Positions 12,815 through 24,597 of a stretch of DNA of 40,079 bases are shown in pieces. How positions within the stretch are numbered: position 1 is the first letter of the stretch; the number at the start of each line of letters is the position of its first letter. The notes beneath the pieces were generated by a model. That model was not told where the DNA came from, did not search any database, and worked only from the letters and a program-made list of their open reading frames with translations. This DNA comes from Octopus bimaculoides (Eukaryota). The DNA is taken from assembly GCF_001194135.2 (NCBI RefSeq), contig NC_068983.1:116858378-116898456 (forward strand), given 5' to 3'. The position numbers were made by a program, and so were the translations under genes.

Positions 12815-12954
12815 TAGACATTCAGATGTCTTTAAACATTGCCCTTCTCTTTCGATTCTTTTATATTTCTTTAATATCCACAAGGTTCCACCTATTTTAT
12901 GTGTGCTTTATTGCTTTATAGCTAATCCTGTGGTACTTATGGTTGCCATATTCC

Positions 12955-13085
12955 GCTACTACATCGTTCTCCCGTGATGAATGTGCTCTCTCACCGATAT
13001 TACTACCATGGATCTTTCCATGGCCCTCAGAATCGTAATCAGTCGTTGTTCTTCCTTTTTCGTAGAAGCCAGTGTCCGACTTGCG
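12955..13085 (-). mobile_element. RTE-like LINE fragment (post-RT region)
   Basis: KEEQRLITILRAMERSMVVISVREH resembles the RTE motif QRAMERSML.IS.RD. Confidence 0.5.
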
Positions 13086-13151
13086 TATATGTATGTATAT
13101 GTATATGTCTGCATGTTTATATCAAAAATATATGTATGTGTGTGTGTTATA

Positions 13152-13672
13152 CAAGGGTGTGCTGAAAAGTTCATAGGTTGACTGTGTATGAGTGACACTA
13201 TTGCCGTCAAATCATGCATGCCTTAATTCTAACTCGTCCTTTTAATAACCGCAGTATTTCTTTCCGGATAAACTGACAGCTGATTGTTCAAAGAACACTT
13301 GAAATATTACTAGTAGGAACTTCTCTTCGAAATGGAAAAAATTAGTATCATGATGTTATCAAGTACCTGTAGAAAAAGGGTTCAATCTCCATGCTTGCTA
13401 CATTAGGGGATGACGCTCCAACTTTATCAACAGTGCAAAAGTGGAAAGCTGAATTTAGGACGGGAAGGGAAAGTCTTGAATGTGACCCATGGTCTGGAGA
13501 TCCTGCAAATGCCATCACTGAGGAAATTGATCGTGTTCACTATATACTAGTGAATGACACCAACACTGATACAAGTAGTCCATGGACCGCAAAGTGGAGT
13601 GGGGGCTATGTTGAAAAATAAGCTACATTTGGTTACATATCTCAGTCTTTGAACATTTCAACCGCCCCGCGT
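13152..13672 (+). mobile_element. Second mariner family (Himar1/irritans-like), internally deleted
   Basis: TA|CAAGGGTGTGCTGAAAAGTTC left end. Relics DAPTLSTVQKWKAEFRTGRESLECDPWSG and the C-terminal GYVEK*. Degenerate right TIR near 13645-13672. Confidence 0.82.
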
Positions 13673-14157
13673 GTGCATACATAGAAAGAAATGACTAAGA
13701 AACAGGCGTTGCATAATCACTTGCATTGCTTACACCTGTTTCTGCTATAAGAAACACTCATCTGAATGCTCATGAGCTGCTTCTCACAGCAGAAACAGCT
13801 GTAACCCAATGAAAAGAAGTATATGACTCCTGTTATTTTGTCATTCATCAATTTATATTATGCTCTGAAGTCAATTATTCTTTCCTTTAAAATATAAATA
13901 CGTTGAGTTCGAACAGCAGGTCGCCAGTATCGTAATGTCTAACTGAAATCATAATATATATATATATATATATTGGTTATAATGGATAGAGGTTCGTGTT
14001 TCACATAGCTAGCTAGAGGCGATGGCCCCTTGGAGCTAATCAACGGCAGCATTTGTCCTATCTTTTGGACTGTCATGTTGACTTGGCGATAAATCTTAAT
14101 ATCCAATAGCGCTGCAGTAGTCTCCTTTAGAGAGACTTAGAAATATTAATATTTCTA

Positions 14158-14243
<86 letters not shown>

Positions 14244-14268
14244 GATTACATATGTATATATGTATATA

Positions 14269-14300
14269 CTAGCTGACGTACCCGGTAATTCCTAGGAAAG
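14269..14300 (-). mobile_element. Putative Helitron 3' terminus (degenerate hairpin + CTAG|T)
   Basis: The minus strand reads cctaggaattaccggg-tacgtcag-CTAG|T, matching my recollection of animal Helitron 3' ends (subterminal GC hairpin, CTAG, insertion before T). The hairpin is imperfect. Confidence 0.55.
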
Positions 14301-15094
14301 TAGGGCTTATCCCTTGGTTCTGTTCTCATAATCGCTTCGCTAATCCAATAACAACAATACAAAGTATGTAGTCCTTAAAACGGTTTTTGTGCTTACACAG
14401 GGTCCTGTTTTTAGGAATTCCCAATAAGCTATGAATACCCAAATTGTGAAGTCAGTGATGTAATAACATGAAATTAGTTAACCGATAGTAAGAATTCAAA
14501 TAAACTAGACATAAAAAGGGCCTTAATGCGTTCCCAGAGTATATAGACCTTCGGAGGAAATACTAATAAGGTATGTATACTAAAATCGTGAAGCATATTA
14601 TGCAATAACGGTCTAATCAGATATGAAAATAACTCTGAAAAGAGCTTTTGTGTGTTCCCAGAGAATATTAACCTCAGGGGAGCTAGTGTTGGTATATTCA
14701 TGAATAATTCTCTAACCGAAATAAGTGGATCTAATGTAGAGGAAAATACTATTTACTTGTTTAAGGGTTTTACTGGATAAATTGCAAAAATAACAGTTCA
14801 AATACTAAGAAATAAGCATACTCAATTTCATTTTTACCAAATAATTTAGGAAAATGAATGGGTTATTTGCCTTGGCTATTAATATGAAATATATCTAGTA
14901 TAGATAATGATCCCTTCCGAGGGCTCTATTAACGATTTTCTCAACAATCTGAGTATGCCATGAGGTTTCCAGACATAAGGTCTATTCACGTGTCACGTTT
15001 CATCAAAATCGATAAAACGATGTAGGAGTAAGCTAACAACTCCACAGATACACCCACGGAGAGAATTTCCCAAACATGTAGTAGATGTGTATTA

Positions 15095-15136
<42 letters not shown>

Positions 15137-15678
15137 GTTATATATGTACACACATACACATGCGTATGTTTACATACATATATATGCATTTATATCTATC
15201 TATTTATATACATGTATACACAGTATATATATATATATATATAGGTGTATGCCCGTCATACACATGTATGCATATTTTAATAATATATATATCCGTGCGT
15301 CTTGTGAGTGTATGCATGCGTATGTGTGGTGTTTATATACTTAGAAGATTACTTATAGATTGGATGGGAACACGCACCATTGCAGAACGGAAATTCCCCA
15401 AGCATTGAAATGAAAACAAGTTATTATCAATAAATAATGGAGTGAAAGAAAAAGCGAAAATTATCTAAGAGAAATGGAAACGAAATGAAAGTTGTATAGT
15501 GAACGGTTATATTCCATTTATGGAGAGTGATGAAAGAAAATTAAATCCCTCATAGAATTATTTTATATTAACAGTTCATTTTAACTGATATAGTCTATTA
15601 TTTTTATCTTTACTTTCAATCATCTTTGTTACCATTTGATTTCAATAATACACTGCATATTTAGCCAGCTTAGAATCA

Positions 15679-15715
<37 letters not shown>

Positions 15716-15944
15716 ATTTAAATAAGAACTAAAATGATCCATTGTAAAAACTATATAATGTCCTATGACCATTTCGATTCAACATCCAGACTAATTCATG
15801 CATATTATAAAATATGGAATATTGTATCTCTTCAGGGTCAGATTAATTCATAGCAGACAGTAAAAAACCTATATATATATATAGGTATAGATATATGTAT
15901 ATTCTTTTATTCTTNNNNNNNNNNATATAGGTATAGATATATGT

Positions 15945-16201
15945 ATATTCTTTTATTCTTTTACTTGTTTCAGTCATTTGACTGCGGCCATGCTGGAGCA
16001 CCGCCTTTAGTCGAGCAAATCGACCCCAGGACTTATCCTTTGTAAGCGTAGTACTTATTCTATCAATCAATTGTGCCGAACCGCTAAGTTACGGGGATGC
16101 AAACACACCAGCATGCCGGGGAAACAAGCACAAACACAGACACACACACACACACACACACACTCATACACACACACACATACGTGCGCGCACACAAACA
16201 C

Positions 16202-16237
<36 letters not shown>

Positions 16238-16417
16238 GTATATATATATATATATATATATACGACGGGCATCTTTCAGTTTCCGTCTACCAAATTCTCT
16301 CACTAGGCTTTGGTCACCCCGAGACTATAGCAGAAGACACTTGCCATGGTCCCACTCAATGGGACTGAACTCGGAACCAAGTGGTTGGTAAGCAAGCTAC
16401 TTACCACATAGCCATAC
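15945..16417 (-). mobile_element. tRNA-derived SINE with internal (TA)/(TG) microsatellite, near full length
   Basis: The minus-strand head GTATGGCTATGTGGTAAG...GTTCCGAGTTCAGTCCC carries Pol III A- and B-box-like motifs. Body ...ccgtaacttagcggttcggc...cctggggtcgatttgctcgactaaaggcggtgctccagcatggcc and an (AAAGAAT)-like tail. I recognise it as a common octopus SINE. Confidence 0.9.
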
Positions 16418-17299
16418 ACACACACACACACACACATACACACACACACACACACATACACACACACACACACAGATACACACATATGTATATATATATA
16501 CTTATACGTTTGATTTCTACATATTAAACTTATACTTCATTCTTCATAAATATAATATAACGAATTTCACCCTAATTCGTTATATTATATTTATATATTA
16601 TAACGAATTATATAAATTTGTTATAAACCTCATCTCTTACTTGTGACTTTTCTCACTTTTTCTTCATCGTAGTACGTTATCATGTGAAATTGTTGAATAA
16701 TGATTCTTTGTCTATACGTCAGTCAGTCTGTAACATGCTCAGATAGGGTGATTTTCAAGACTTCCTTTTATATCTTTTAGTCAGGATGAAAAGCAGTGCC
16801 CATGACACCGTCGCATGGTACCCAGATTGCCAGATTGCTTGACTGGATTACGGTTTAAGGTTAACACCCAGGCAGACGGTGACAGGTTTTCAACTCAGAT
16901 GGCAAAGAGAAAGAACAACTATCACAACGTATAGCTATTATTTTTTTTTTTGTCGATCTCGAAATAATAAATGGCAAAATTTGACTTGGGAGAAAGAAAA
17001 GCTCAGAGCGAAGGAGTTCGGAATAAATATTGCATGGCATTCTGGCCGACGCTCTAACGTTCCTGCCAATTTGTCGTCTGTAGAAAGGAAATGAAATACA
17101 ATGAATTTATTCGATTTATTCATTCAGTTCACTTATGCAACGTAAGACAAGTATTTTTATCTTTCATTTTGGGTCCGGTATATTTTATCCCGCTCACACC
17201 ACTGAAAATGTATGGCGGTGAATATTTCACGGTCAAATACAACAGTCAATAAACATACGGTAGGTGGGGAGTTTAGAAGGGAGATAAAACCAGTGACAG

Positions 17300-18365
17300 A
17301 TTTTCTAACACCATCAGACAGTAGATGAGTTATGCCTGTTGTAAACGCATTTCGATTTATTGGATGAAATTCCTTTTATTAATTAAGACTACTTGGTGTT
17401 TAAGTCGGCTAAATTATTCTAAATACTCATAATCAGTAAAACACTAATAGAGATGGATAAGTCGGAAATTCGTACAGTTTTGAAATATGAGTTCTTTCTT
17501 GGAAATCTAGCATCACAGACAGTTCGGAATATTAATGGACTATTTCATTCTAATATTATTACACAGCAGGCAGTATCATATTGGTTTTCAAAAATTTCGT
17601 TCTGGTAACTTTGACCTAACAAATGAGCGACGCAGTCGATCAGAAACAAAGGTGGATAATGACGAACTGAAAGCCACCATCGAGTCAGATCTATCTCAAA
17701 GTTCCATGCTTTATTGTTGTTGTTTGGTGTTAGCAAGCAGAAAATATTAACTCATCTAGTTCAAATCAATCGGTAAAATGAAAATTTAGATAAGTGGGTT
17801 TCACATGAACTCAATGAAAATCAGAAACAGCAACGTTTGGAAGGCTGCATTATGCTACTTTCTTATCACAAAAATGAATCATTTTTTAATCGAATTGTAA
17901 CATGTGATGAGAAACCGATACAATACAACAGCTGTAAATGCTCAGCGCAATAGTTGCGCAAGAAAGAGCCACTAAGACACAGTGAAAAAGTAAAATTCAG
18001 CATAAGAAGCTGATGGTGTGTGTTTGGAGTTCTGGCGCAGGTGTCATCCATTATAATTACATTAAACCTGGCTCATCAATCACGGCCGAAGTATACTGCA
18101 GTCAAATGGACCAAATGATGCGGAAACTTATAAAAAACAACATAGATTAATCAACAGATCCAGTCTTCTTTTATTGCAAGACGCCGCCAGACTCATATCG
18201 CAGAAATGAATTTGGATAGCTTTTAGGTAGAAACTAAAATCTAATTCTGACGATGCTGTAGAACAGGCCTTCCAAGATTTTATTGACTCTATATTGCCAG
18301 GCTTTTACAGTCCCGGGTTGGACAAGCTATCGCTGAAATGGAAAAAGTTTATTAATATGTTGCAT
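17300..18365 (+). mobile_element. Third mariner (Hsmar1/SETMAR-like) transposase relic, frameshifted
   Basis: MDKSEIRTVLKYEFFLG... from 17453; KFRSGNFDLTNERRSR; KWVSHEL; FNRIVTCDEK (first catalytic D); KLMVCVW; C-terminal GLDKLSLKWKK. TIRs not resolved. Confidence 0.9.
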
Positions 18366-18444
18366 TCTGTATACAATTATAACCAACACAATCTAGTGCA
18401 TATAAACAAACATACACGCGTGTATATACACATACAGGCATACG

Positions 18445-18495
<51 letters not shown>

Positions 18496-18977
18496 ATATA
18501 TATACACATAGAGAGAGAGAGAGAGAGAGACATAGATTGCTATATGTATATATGTGTGTTTGTGTGTGTATGAATATCTGCACAGGTATGTGCATGCGTA
18601 TTTGTTAGTGTGTGTTCATATATACTGTTAAAAATAAAGTTAACACCGAAATTGTGTTTGCTGGTATGAGATTTTGTTTTAAACTAAATATGCAGTTCTG
18701 TAATGGTGTAACTTTTTATTTACATACATGCAATGTTACGTTATATCAAAACATACACATGCATGTATATATACATGTGTGTGTGCGTGTGTGTGTGTAT
18801 TTGTGTGTGTGTGTGTGCATGTGTGTGTGCGCACGCATGTGTATGTATCAGATATGAATTTACGTATGTATTTTTGACGCGTGTAAAGGTTATATAAATA
18901 TGTAATGGCGCTTGAATATGATATTTGCTTAGATGTTTATAAATATATCTGAATATATTATGCCATAAAGAACTGGT

Positions 18978-19057
18978 GTAATTTGAAATATAGGTAATTT
19001 GAAATATAGTTAATTTGAAATATAGGTAATTTGAAATATAGGTAATTTGAAATATAG
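18978..19057 (+). repeat. Minisatellite, 5 x 16 bp (GTAATTTGAAATATAG)
   Basis: Five head-to-tail copies, one with a G>T substitution, and no spacers. Confidence 0.97.
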
Positions 19058-20734
19058 GGTAAACGTTTGATAATCTATTTTTACTAAATGCATATATTTT
19101 AGTGTAAGCAGGTATTATTGTTAAATCGTATTCTGCTTGCCTTCCAGTGGCCAGTAATGAGGACACTTCTGTATGTTTTTGAATATTTGCTAATAAGTAT
19201 TTATAGATAATATAAACCCGGAAAAAATGCAATCGGTTTCTCTAATTTGTAGAGAAATGTAACCTCTGGCAACCTGAATAAGCTAATAAAAACTACGCCG
19301 TTGTGCATCAGGGAAACTTATGTGCATAAGTAGTTTTCAGGTAAATGGCTTAGCCATTTCGCGGTGGAAAAAAAGAGAAACGCCAAAGTTACATCTCTGG
19401 TTCTTTATTGAAGTAGATGAAACATCTTGATTTGATTAGTTACAAGATTTACTAACGACTCATCAGTCATTGCTGAAACTTTCTTTGATTGTAAAGTTAG
19501 ATGTTTGTGTTCACTAAAAATTCATTACAAAGGTTTTCATTACTAATCAGCACAAACACACACACACACACATACACACACACACACACATGCACACACA
19601 CGCACATGCTTAAAAACAAATACACACACGCACTCACAAAAATATTAATATTTCATACACTAAATGTTTCTAATTATCTTACAAGGCTAAAAGAACAGAT
19701 TCTATTCTTATGTGATATTGATTTCTATCTACAATGGATAGCAGCATATATCTATCTACACAAAATGTTGCAAGCCAATGCTGTATCACTGATGATGCAT
19801 ACATACACATAAAAAGTTTAAAATTATTAATTCTAAAAGTATTCTGACCTTTTATTCTTTATATCTATTTGTTTATATTGCTTTTATTTGATTTTGGCCG
19901 TGAGGAATTAATATTCCTAATCTTTTAAGAAATGGTGAAGTGAAGACATTCGATATTACTTGGAAATAAGAACTATGCCTTCACTGTATCATTCCAGTAT
20001 GCTACAAGGACTCAGAAATATCGTTAACTATGAAAATGGTGGAGAAATATCAAATCGTTTTCCAGAAATTTTCAATATTTAAAATATCAAATTTTATAAA
20101 TGGATTCACTGAGAAAACTATTTGTCTTTTGAAATGTTATTTACATGAAGATATTATTTATCTTAGCAAAATGCGTTTCGATTATTTTAGGCATTGATAA
20201 TGTAATTCTGAAAAAAATGTTGTTTTAATTTTCAATATGATAAACAGAAACCCTATTACTTCCGAGCAGCAAAGTGGAAAGACTACCAGCATGATATTTG
20301 CAGACAGCTCAAGAATAGAGTTATCTATACGCGAAAATTTAAGGAAAGAAAATCGGTGTATCACCTGTACAGAAGAACGCATCTCCATTAGTATGAGAAT
20401 GCAGTTCACTAATATATGTAGGAGATATAAATCGGACATTGAGTGGACAGAACTGAGATCATTATCAGTATATGTGGTTTGAATTTCAATTGCAACAAAT
20501 AGAAAACAGGCTGAGCCTATGAACAGATAAACTGAACAAATTGTTTCTACGAAGGATTGCTGATGGACGTAAAATTCTTTTGCCGATTTTCTCAAAGATA
20601 AGAGAATATTAGTATTTTACGTGACAGGTTAAGTTAGAAATGAGTCTCTACTAATAACCGCCAGAGGAAATAGATGAGAGTTGAAGATATTGGTTACTAG
20701 TGACGAACGCCTATATCACACTCATGACAATAGA

Positions 20735-20769
<35 letters not shown>

Positions 20770-22334
20770 GAGTGCGCGTGTGTGTGTGTGTGTGTGTGTG
20801 TGTCTGTGTGTGTGCATGTGTGTGTGAGAGAGTGGATAAGGTACTAAATGTTTTCAGTGTCAGATAGGTTGTTATTTTTGTGTATGGTGTACGCTGTAAT
20901 CTGTTTCTATAGATCAGTACGAGATATCAAAAGGGATTATAATTGGAGAGTGTCTTGACAAGCGACATTTTGCAATTGTGTTAACTTATATTTCACACAA
21001 ATAGAGCAGGCAACAGGAATTTAGAAAACGATTGCAGTATATGTAATGTTGGAGTGTAATGCACGAAATAAAAGATAATAAATAAGTTGAATATAATAAC
21101 AGAACTTATACTTAAAAATCCAACTTTGTTGAGTAAGACATTTTTCTAAAAATAGTTAAGGGTTTTTTGTCGTTAGCTATTTATAATTGAGGAAATGCTC
21201 CAGTGATAAGGTAACCGTCTAATTAGATTGGGTACAGAAAAGTGTTTGGACAACCGGTGTGCCGGTAAATGATGGTGGGAACTGGGAACATAATTATTAA
21301 TAAAACACACTTTTGACAATGTACTCGGTTGTACACTATTTCTGTAAAAGTTTGCTGATCATGGCTGAAATGATTTTGCATCACAGGCTTATTCGATCAA
21401 CACCTTCTGTTGACTGATCAACAACGAAAACATCTTCAGATAGAGAAGGATAAGAAACATAAATAAAAGAAGTAGAATATATAGACAATTAATAGTAAAA
21501 TGGCTGGAAATATTTCGTGAGTGGTAGGATGAACTGGTATATATAAAGTAGTGCAGAAGAGAGAGTTTGAGCTGCAGATACTGATGTCACAATATATTCA
21601 TAAATACCTGATCTTAACATACTACTCCTCAATCATTGCTACATCATCAAGAAATTGTTAGTCTTGATATTTTTGAACGAATAGTATTACTGAAGACGAA
21701 AACCAAAACAAGTAAGGATGTGTTTCAGAAAATATTATTTGATCTATTCGTATTGTAAATGAAGTCAACATTTTTACGGGTGAACATAAAATATTTTGAG
21801 CATTGGCTACATTTAGAGAAATAATTGGACATCATTCTTCTAAATTAAAATAATATACTTAGGTCAGTAATATAGTTAAGGATATTCATTATGACATTGC
21901 AGTTTGATAGAAATACATCTACAGAAAACTTGATATGTTAAATGGCTGGTTCTCTATGCATATTTCTTCCTTATGTTATAGTTACTATTATTTTCCGTAT
22001 CCCTTATACACTTCACTGACATTCATCAAAACAAAAGTTTCTCAAGCATCAATTCCTGTCATGAACGTATAATTTACTTCACAGCAAGGCATTGAGAATT
22101 GCTCTTTGTTCTGTGTTGTATGTAATTAAATTTGAGACGGAAATATAATATATATCCATGCCGAAATTGTTTTACTAGGAAATCATATTAACCATACACT
22201 CATTCGATTTCTCTTTCCCTTTTCCCTCTTCCTATACATTTTGCTTCTCTCTATATATGGATAAATATATGCGCGCGTGTGTGTATGTGTACTTTCATGT
22301 GAGTCTGTGCGCACGCATGTGTTTTGCATGTGTT

Positions 22335-23480
22335 ATTACTTATCGTGCAGTTGTTAAAACTACATGCTTCTTTGTGTCTGCAGTTACGCATGGTATTATT
22401 TTTTCCGCTCCTTCCGTGGAATCCTGTAATCCTACACTCATTTTCCTTATGTATGGATGTACTATTAATTATGTGATGTTGTTTGGGTCTCTTTTTGCTA
22501 TTGATGAGTTTTTATTACCCCTATTTTCCAGCATTCTATCGGCGTATTCAATGTTATTAGCTGCGTTTGCTTCATATTTCCCCTCTCGTGAATTGAAGAT
22601 CAGGTTAAACCAAATAATTTCATCGGTTATTTTCCCATTTCTTTTAATATGTCTATTGGGTTTAACTTTGGCTGTGATTTCATGGGTTCTGTTTTATATT
22701 TGTCCTTATTAGTGTTGTGGTTGTTTTCTTTCCCTTTTTCTCCCTATTTCTATTTTTCTAGGTTCTGGTATTCTGCGGCTATTTATATGATTATCCCCAC
22801 TATTTATAATGCCCTCTGGGAATCGTGTCTTCTCTGTTTTATTCTGTATATATTCTGTTTTATCCTTATATCCAACTTTAGCCAGTGCTGAGTTGTAACA
22901 TTCGGCGTGCATATTGAATGTCTGTTCATCTCTGGATAGTCTTGATATTCTATTACTCACGCTTTTTGGGATGCAACGCAGTATAAACACCCACATTAAT
23001 TGCTTGACCGGCATATTGGTAAAAAAGGAATAAACATCCCCCTACCGTACATCCAATAATGTTATATCGCCTGAAGAATTGAACCAGTGATAACGATCAG
23101 CCAGATGCTCACGGATACTACGGACTACTCTGTAATCATTCCAGGAATACATACTGTGATCCTAAGAGTCATGTGATTTGTAGAAACGTGCGTAGTGATG
23201 CATTAAATGTTTATAAATTCCATCCAAGGAGTATTGTTATCATTATTATATTTGCCCTACATTTTATCGGTACAACTTGATACAACCCCCGAAAAATTGA
23301 CTCCCTAACCAGCTTCATTAGACGTTGGCCGGCATAATGGAATAGGAGCTTTATTTTCCTATTCAAAGCGTTCCGCATAAACAAATTTAAAAGATATATA
23401 TGGATGAATGATCGACGCAGGATATTTTGAAACGATCGTTGTGAGCAAGGAACTTTTTCGTGCCTTCTAATTTACGTCTC
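22335..23480 (-). mobile_element. Penelope-like retroelement fragment (RT thumb to GIY-YIG approach), degenerate
   Basis: ILRCIPKSVSNRISRLSRDEQTFNMHAECYNSALAKVGYKDK matches the Penelope/Poseidon IP..IS.R...LS....F......Y..AL...GY motif. Upstream RKIKLLFH and a downstream CNCR-like segment are also present. Confidence 0.72.
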
Positions 23481-23639
23481 TTTCGTTTGTTTTATACTCA
23501 ACGTAGTCTCAGGATTTCCTGAGTTAGATCTGCGACGGTTGTGTAATTACGGTGGATGACGGTATAGTATTGGGAATGTACACATGTATATGTGTGTGTG
23601 TGTGTGTGTGTCTGTTTGTGTGTGCATGCGTGTGTGTAT

Positions 23640-24460
23640 ATTTCCCTGTAGTCTCCGTAGAGGAAGCATTTCTTGTTCGGCGTGCTAAACGTTACTCGTT
23701 GCTCTGGTCGGCTCGTTGCGCAGCAATATATGCTAACCGATCACAACGCTGCTTTTCACTTTCCCTTCTTCGCGCTGAAGTCATCCCAAGTTCAATGAGA
23801 GAGTTCCTTCTGGCGGGGTCCTCAGAAGATTCATTTGCACGCATACGTTTACTTTTCTTTGCAGCATTTCTTTGCCGACCTATACTGGATCTTTTGCGTC
23901 GAGGCATGGTGGAAAATTATCAGTTTATGCAATAGAAAAAGTCATAAGAAAAAAAGCGGTGAATGTGTAGCCCCCCCATCCCCCAAGTAAAATTTAGTTG
24001 GCAAAAATGTAAATAAAATAGACCGAATTAACTATTTTTAATTTTGGATAAAAATTTTGAAGTAGCTAGTTTAAGCTGGAATAATTATATGAAAAAGAGC
24101 GCTCACCCGAAAACAGAGGCAAATCGTAACTCGCAAATGAATACTGCTGGCAGTACTGTGCAAGCAGTCAATAAGAGCTCATCACAGCTGAGAAAGTAAA
24201 GTATTGATTTTTTTCCAGCTGGGTGTTTGTCACGTTTATTCGCTGGCTCAATCCAAATCCTAGGCGAATTGAGAGTAGTCTATTTATGTTGTGGGCGCGG
24301 AATTTCGAGGAAAAAAATTATAAGAAAAGGCGTTCTAATTCAAAGAGAGCACACATGTCAAATTTAGTGAAATTCGGTTGAAAACTGTAGGAGTAGAAGT
24401 GGTTCACACAATACACACACACACACACACACACAAACAACTTGCCTTTTATATATAAGA
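23640..24460 (-). mobile_element. Helitron 5' portion: A|TC terminus, (TG)n tract and N-terminal ORF
   Basis: The minus strand starts A|TCTTATATATAAAAGGCAAGTTGTTTGTGTG... at 24460, as in animal Helitron 5' ends. The ORF from 23907, MPRRKRSSIGRQRNAAKKSKRMRANESSE...EKQRCDRL, resembles the basic, R/E-rich N-terminus of Helitron Rep-Hel proteins. I could not see Rep or helicase motifs. Confidence 0.72.
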
Positions 24461-24556
24461 TTAAGCTCTGTACTCACGTGATACTTTAATCTAGAGTATG
24501 ATTTTATCAAGGTTTAAAAATTGGTTATGGGGTTATAAATATTGCTATGCTCAACC

Positions 24557-24597
<41 letters not shown>

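Noticed and set aside
14866-14890. FALAIN resembling the Helitron helicase motif FAMTINK
   Set aside because: It is on the strand opposite the CTAG terminus and has no neighbouring motifs; likely chance.
15880-15960. Direct repeat of about 35 bp on both sides of a 10-N gap
   Set aside because: Typical unmerged contig overlap; treated as an assembly artefact.
613-16485. Many HTHT/CVCV/YIYI/LSIY-repeat ORFs, and ORFs spanning X runs
   Set aside because: Artefacts of dinucleotide and tetranucleotide repeats and of N gaps, which contain no stop codons.
18978-19057. CRISPR-like array
   Set aside because: Repeats are contiguous with no spacers, there are no cas genes, and the context is eukaryotic.
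20182-20595. 137-aa hydrophobic minus-strand ORF resembling a receptor or channel TM region
   Set aside because: It is the antisense of a purine-rich tract, which biases translation to F/L/I/S. I saw no family motif or convincing splice sites.
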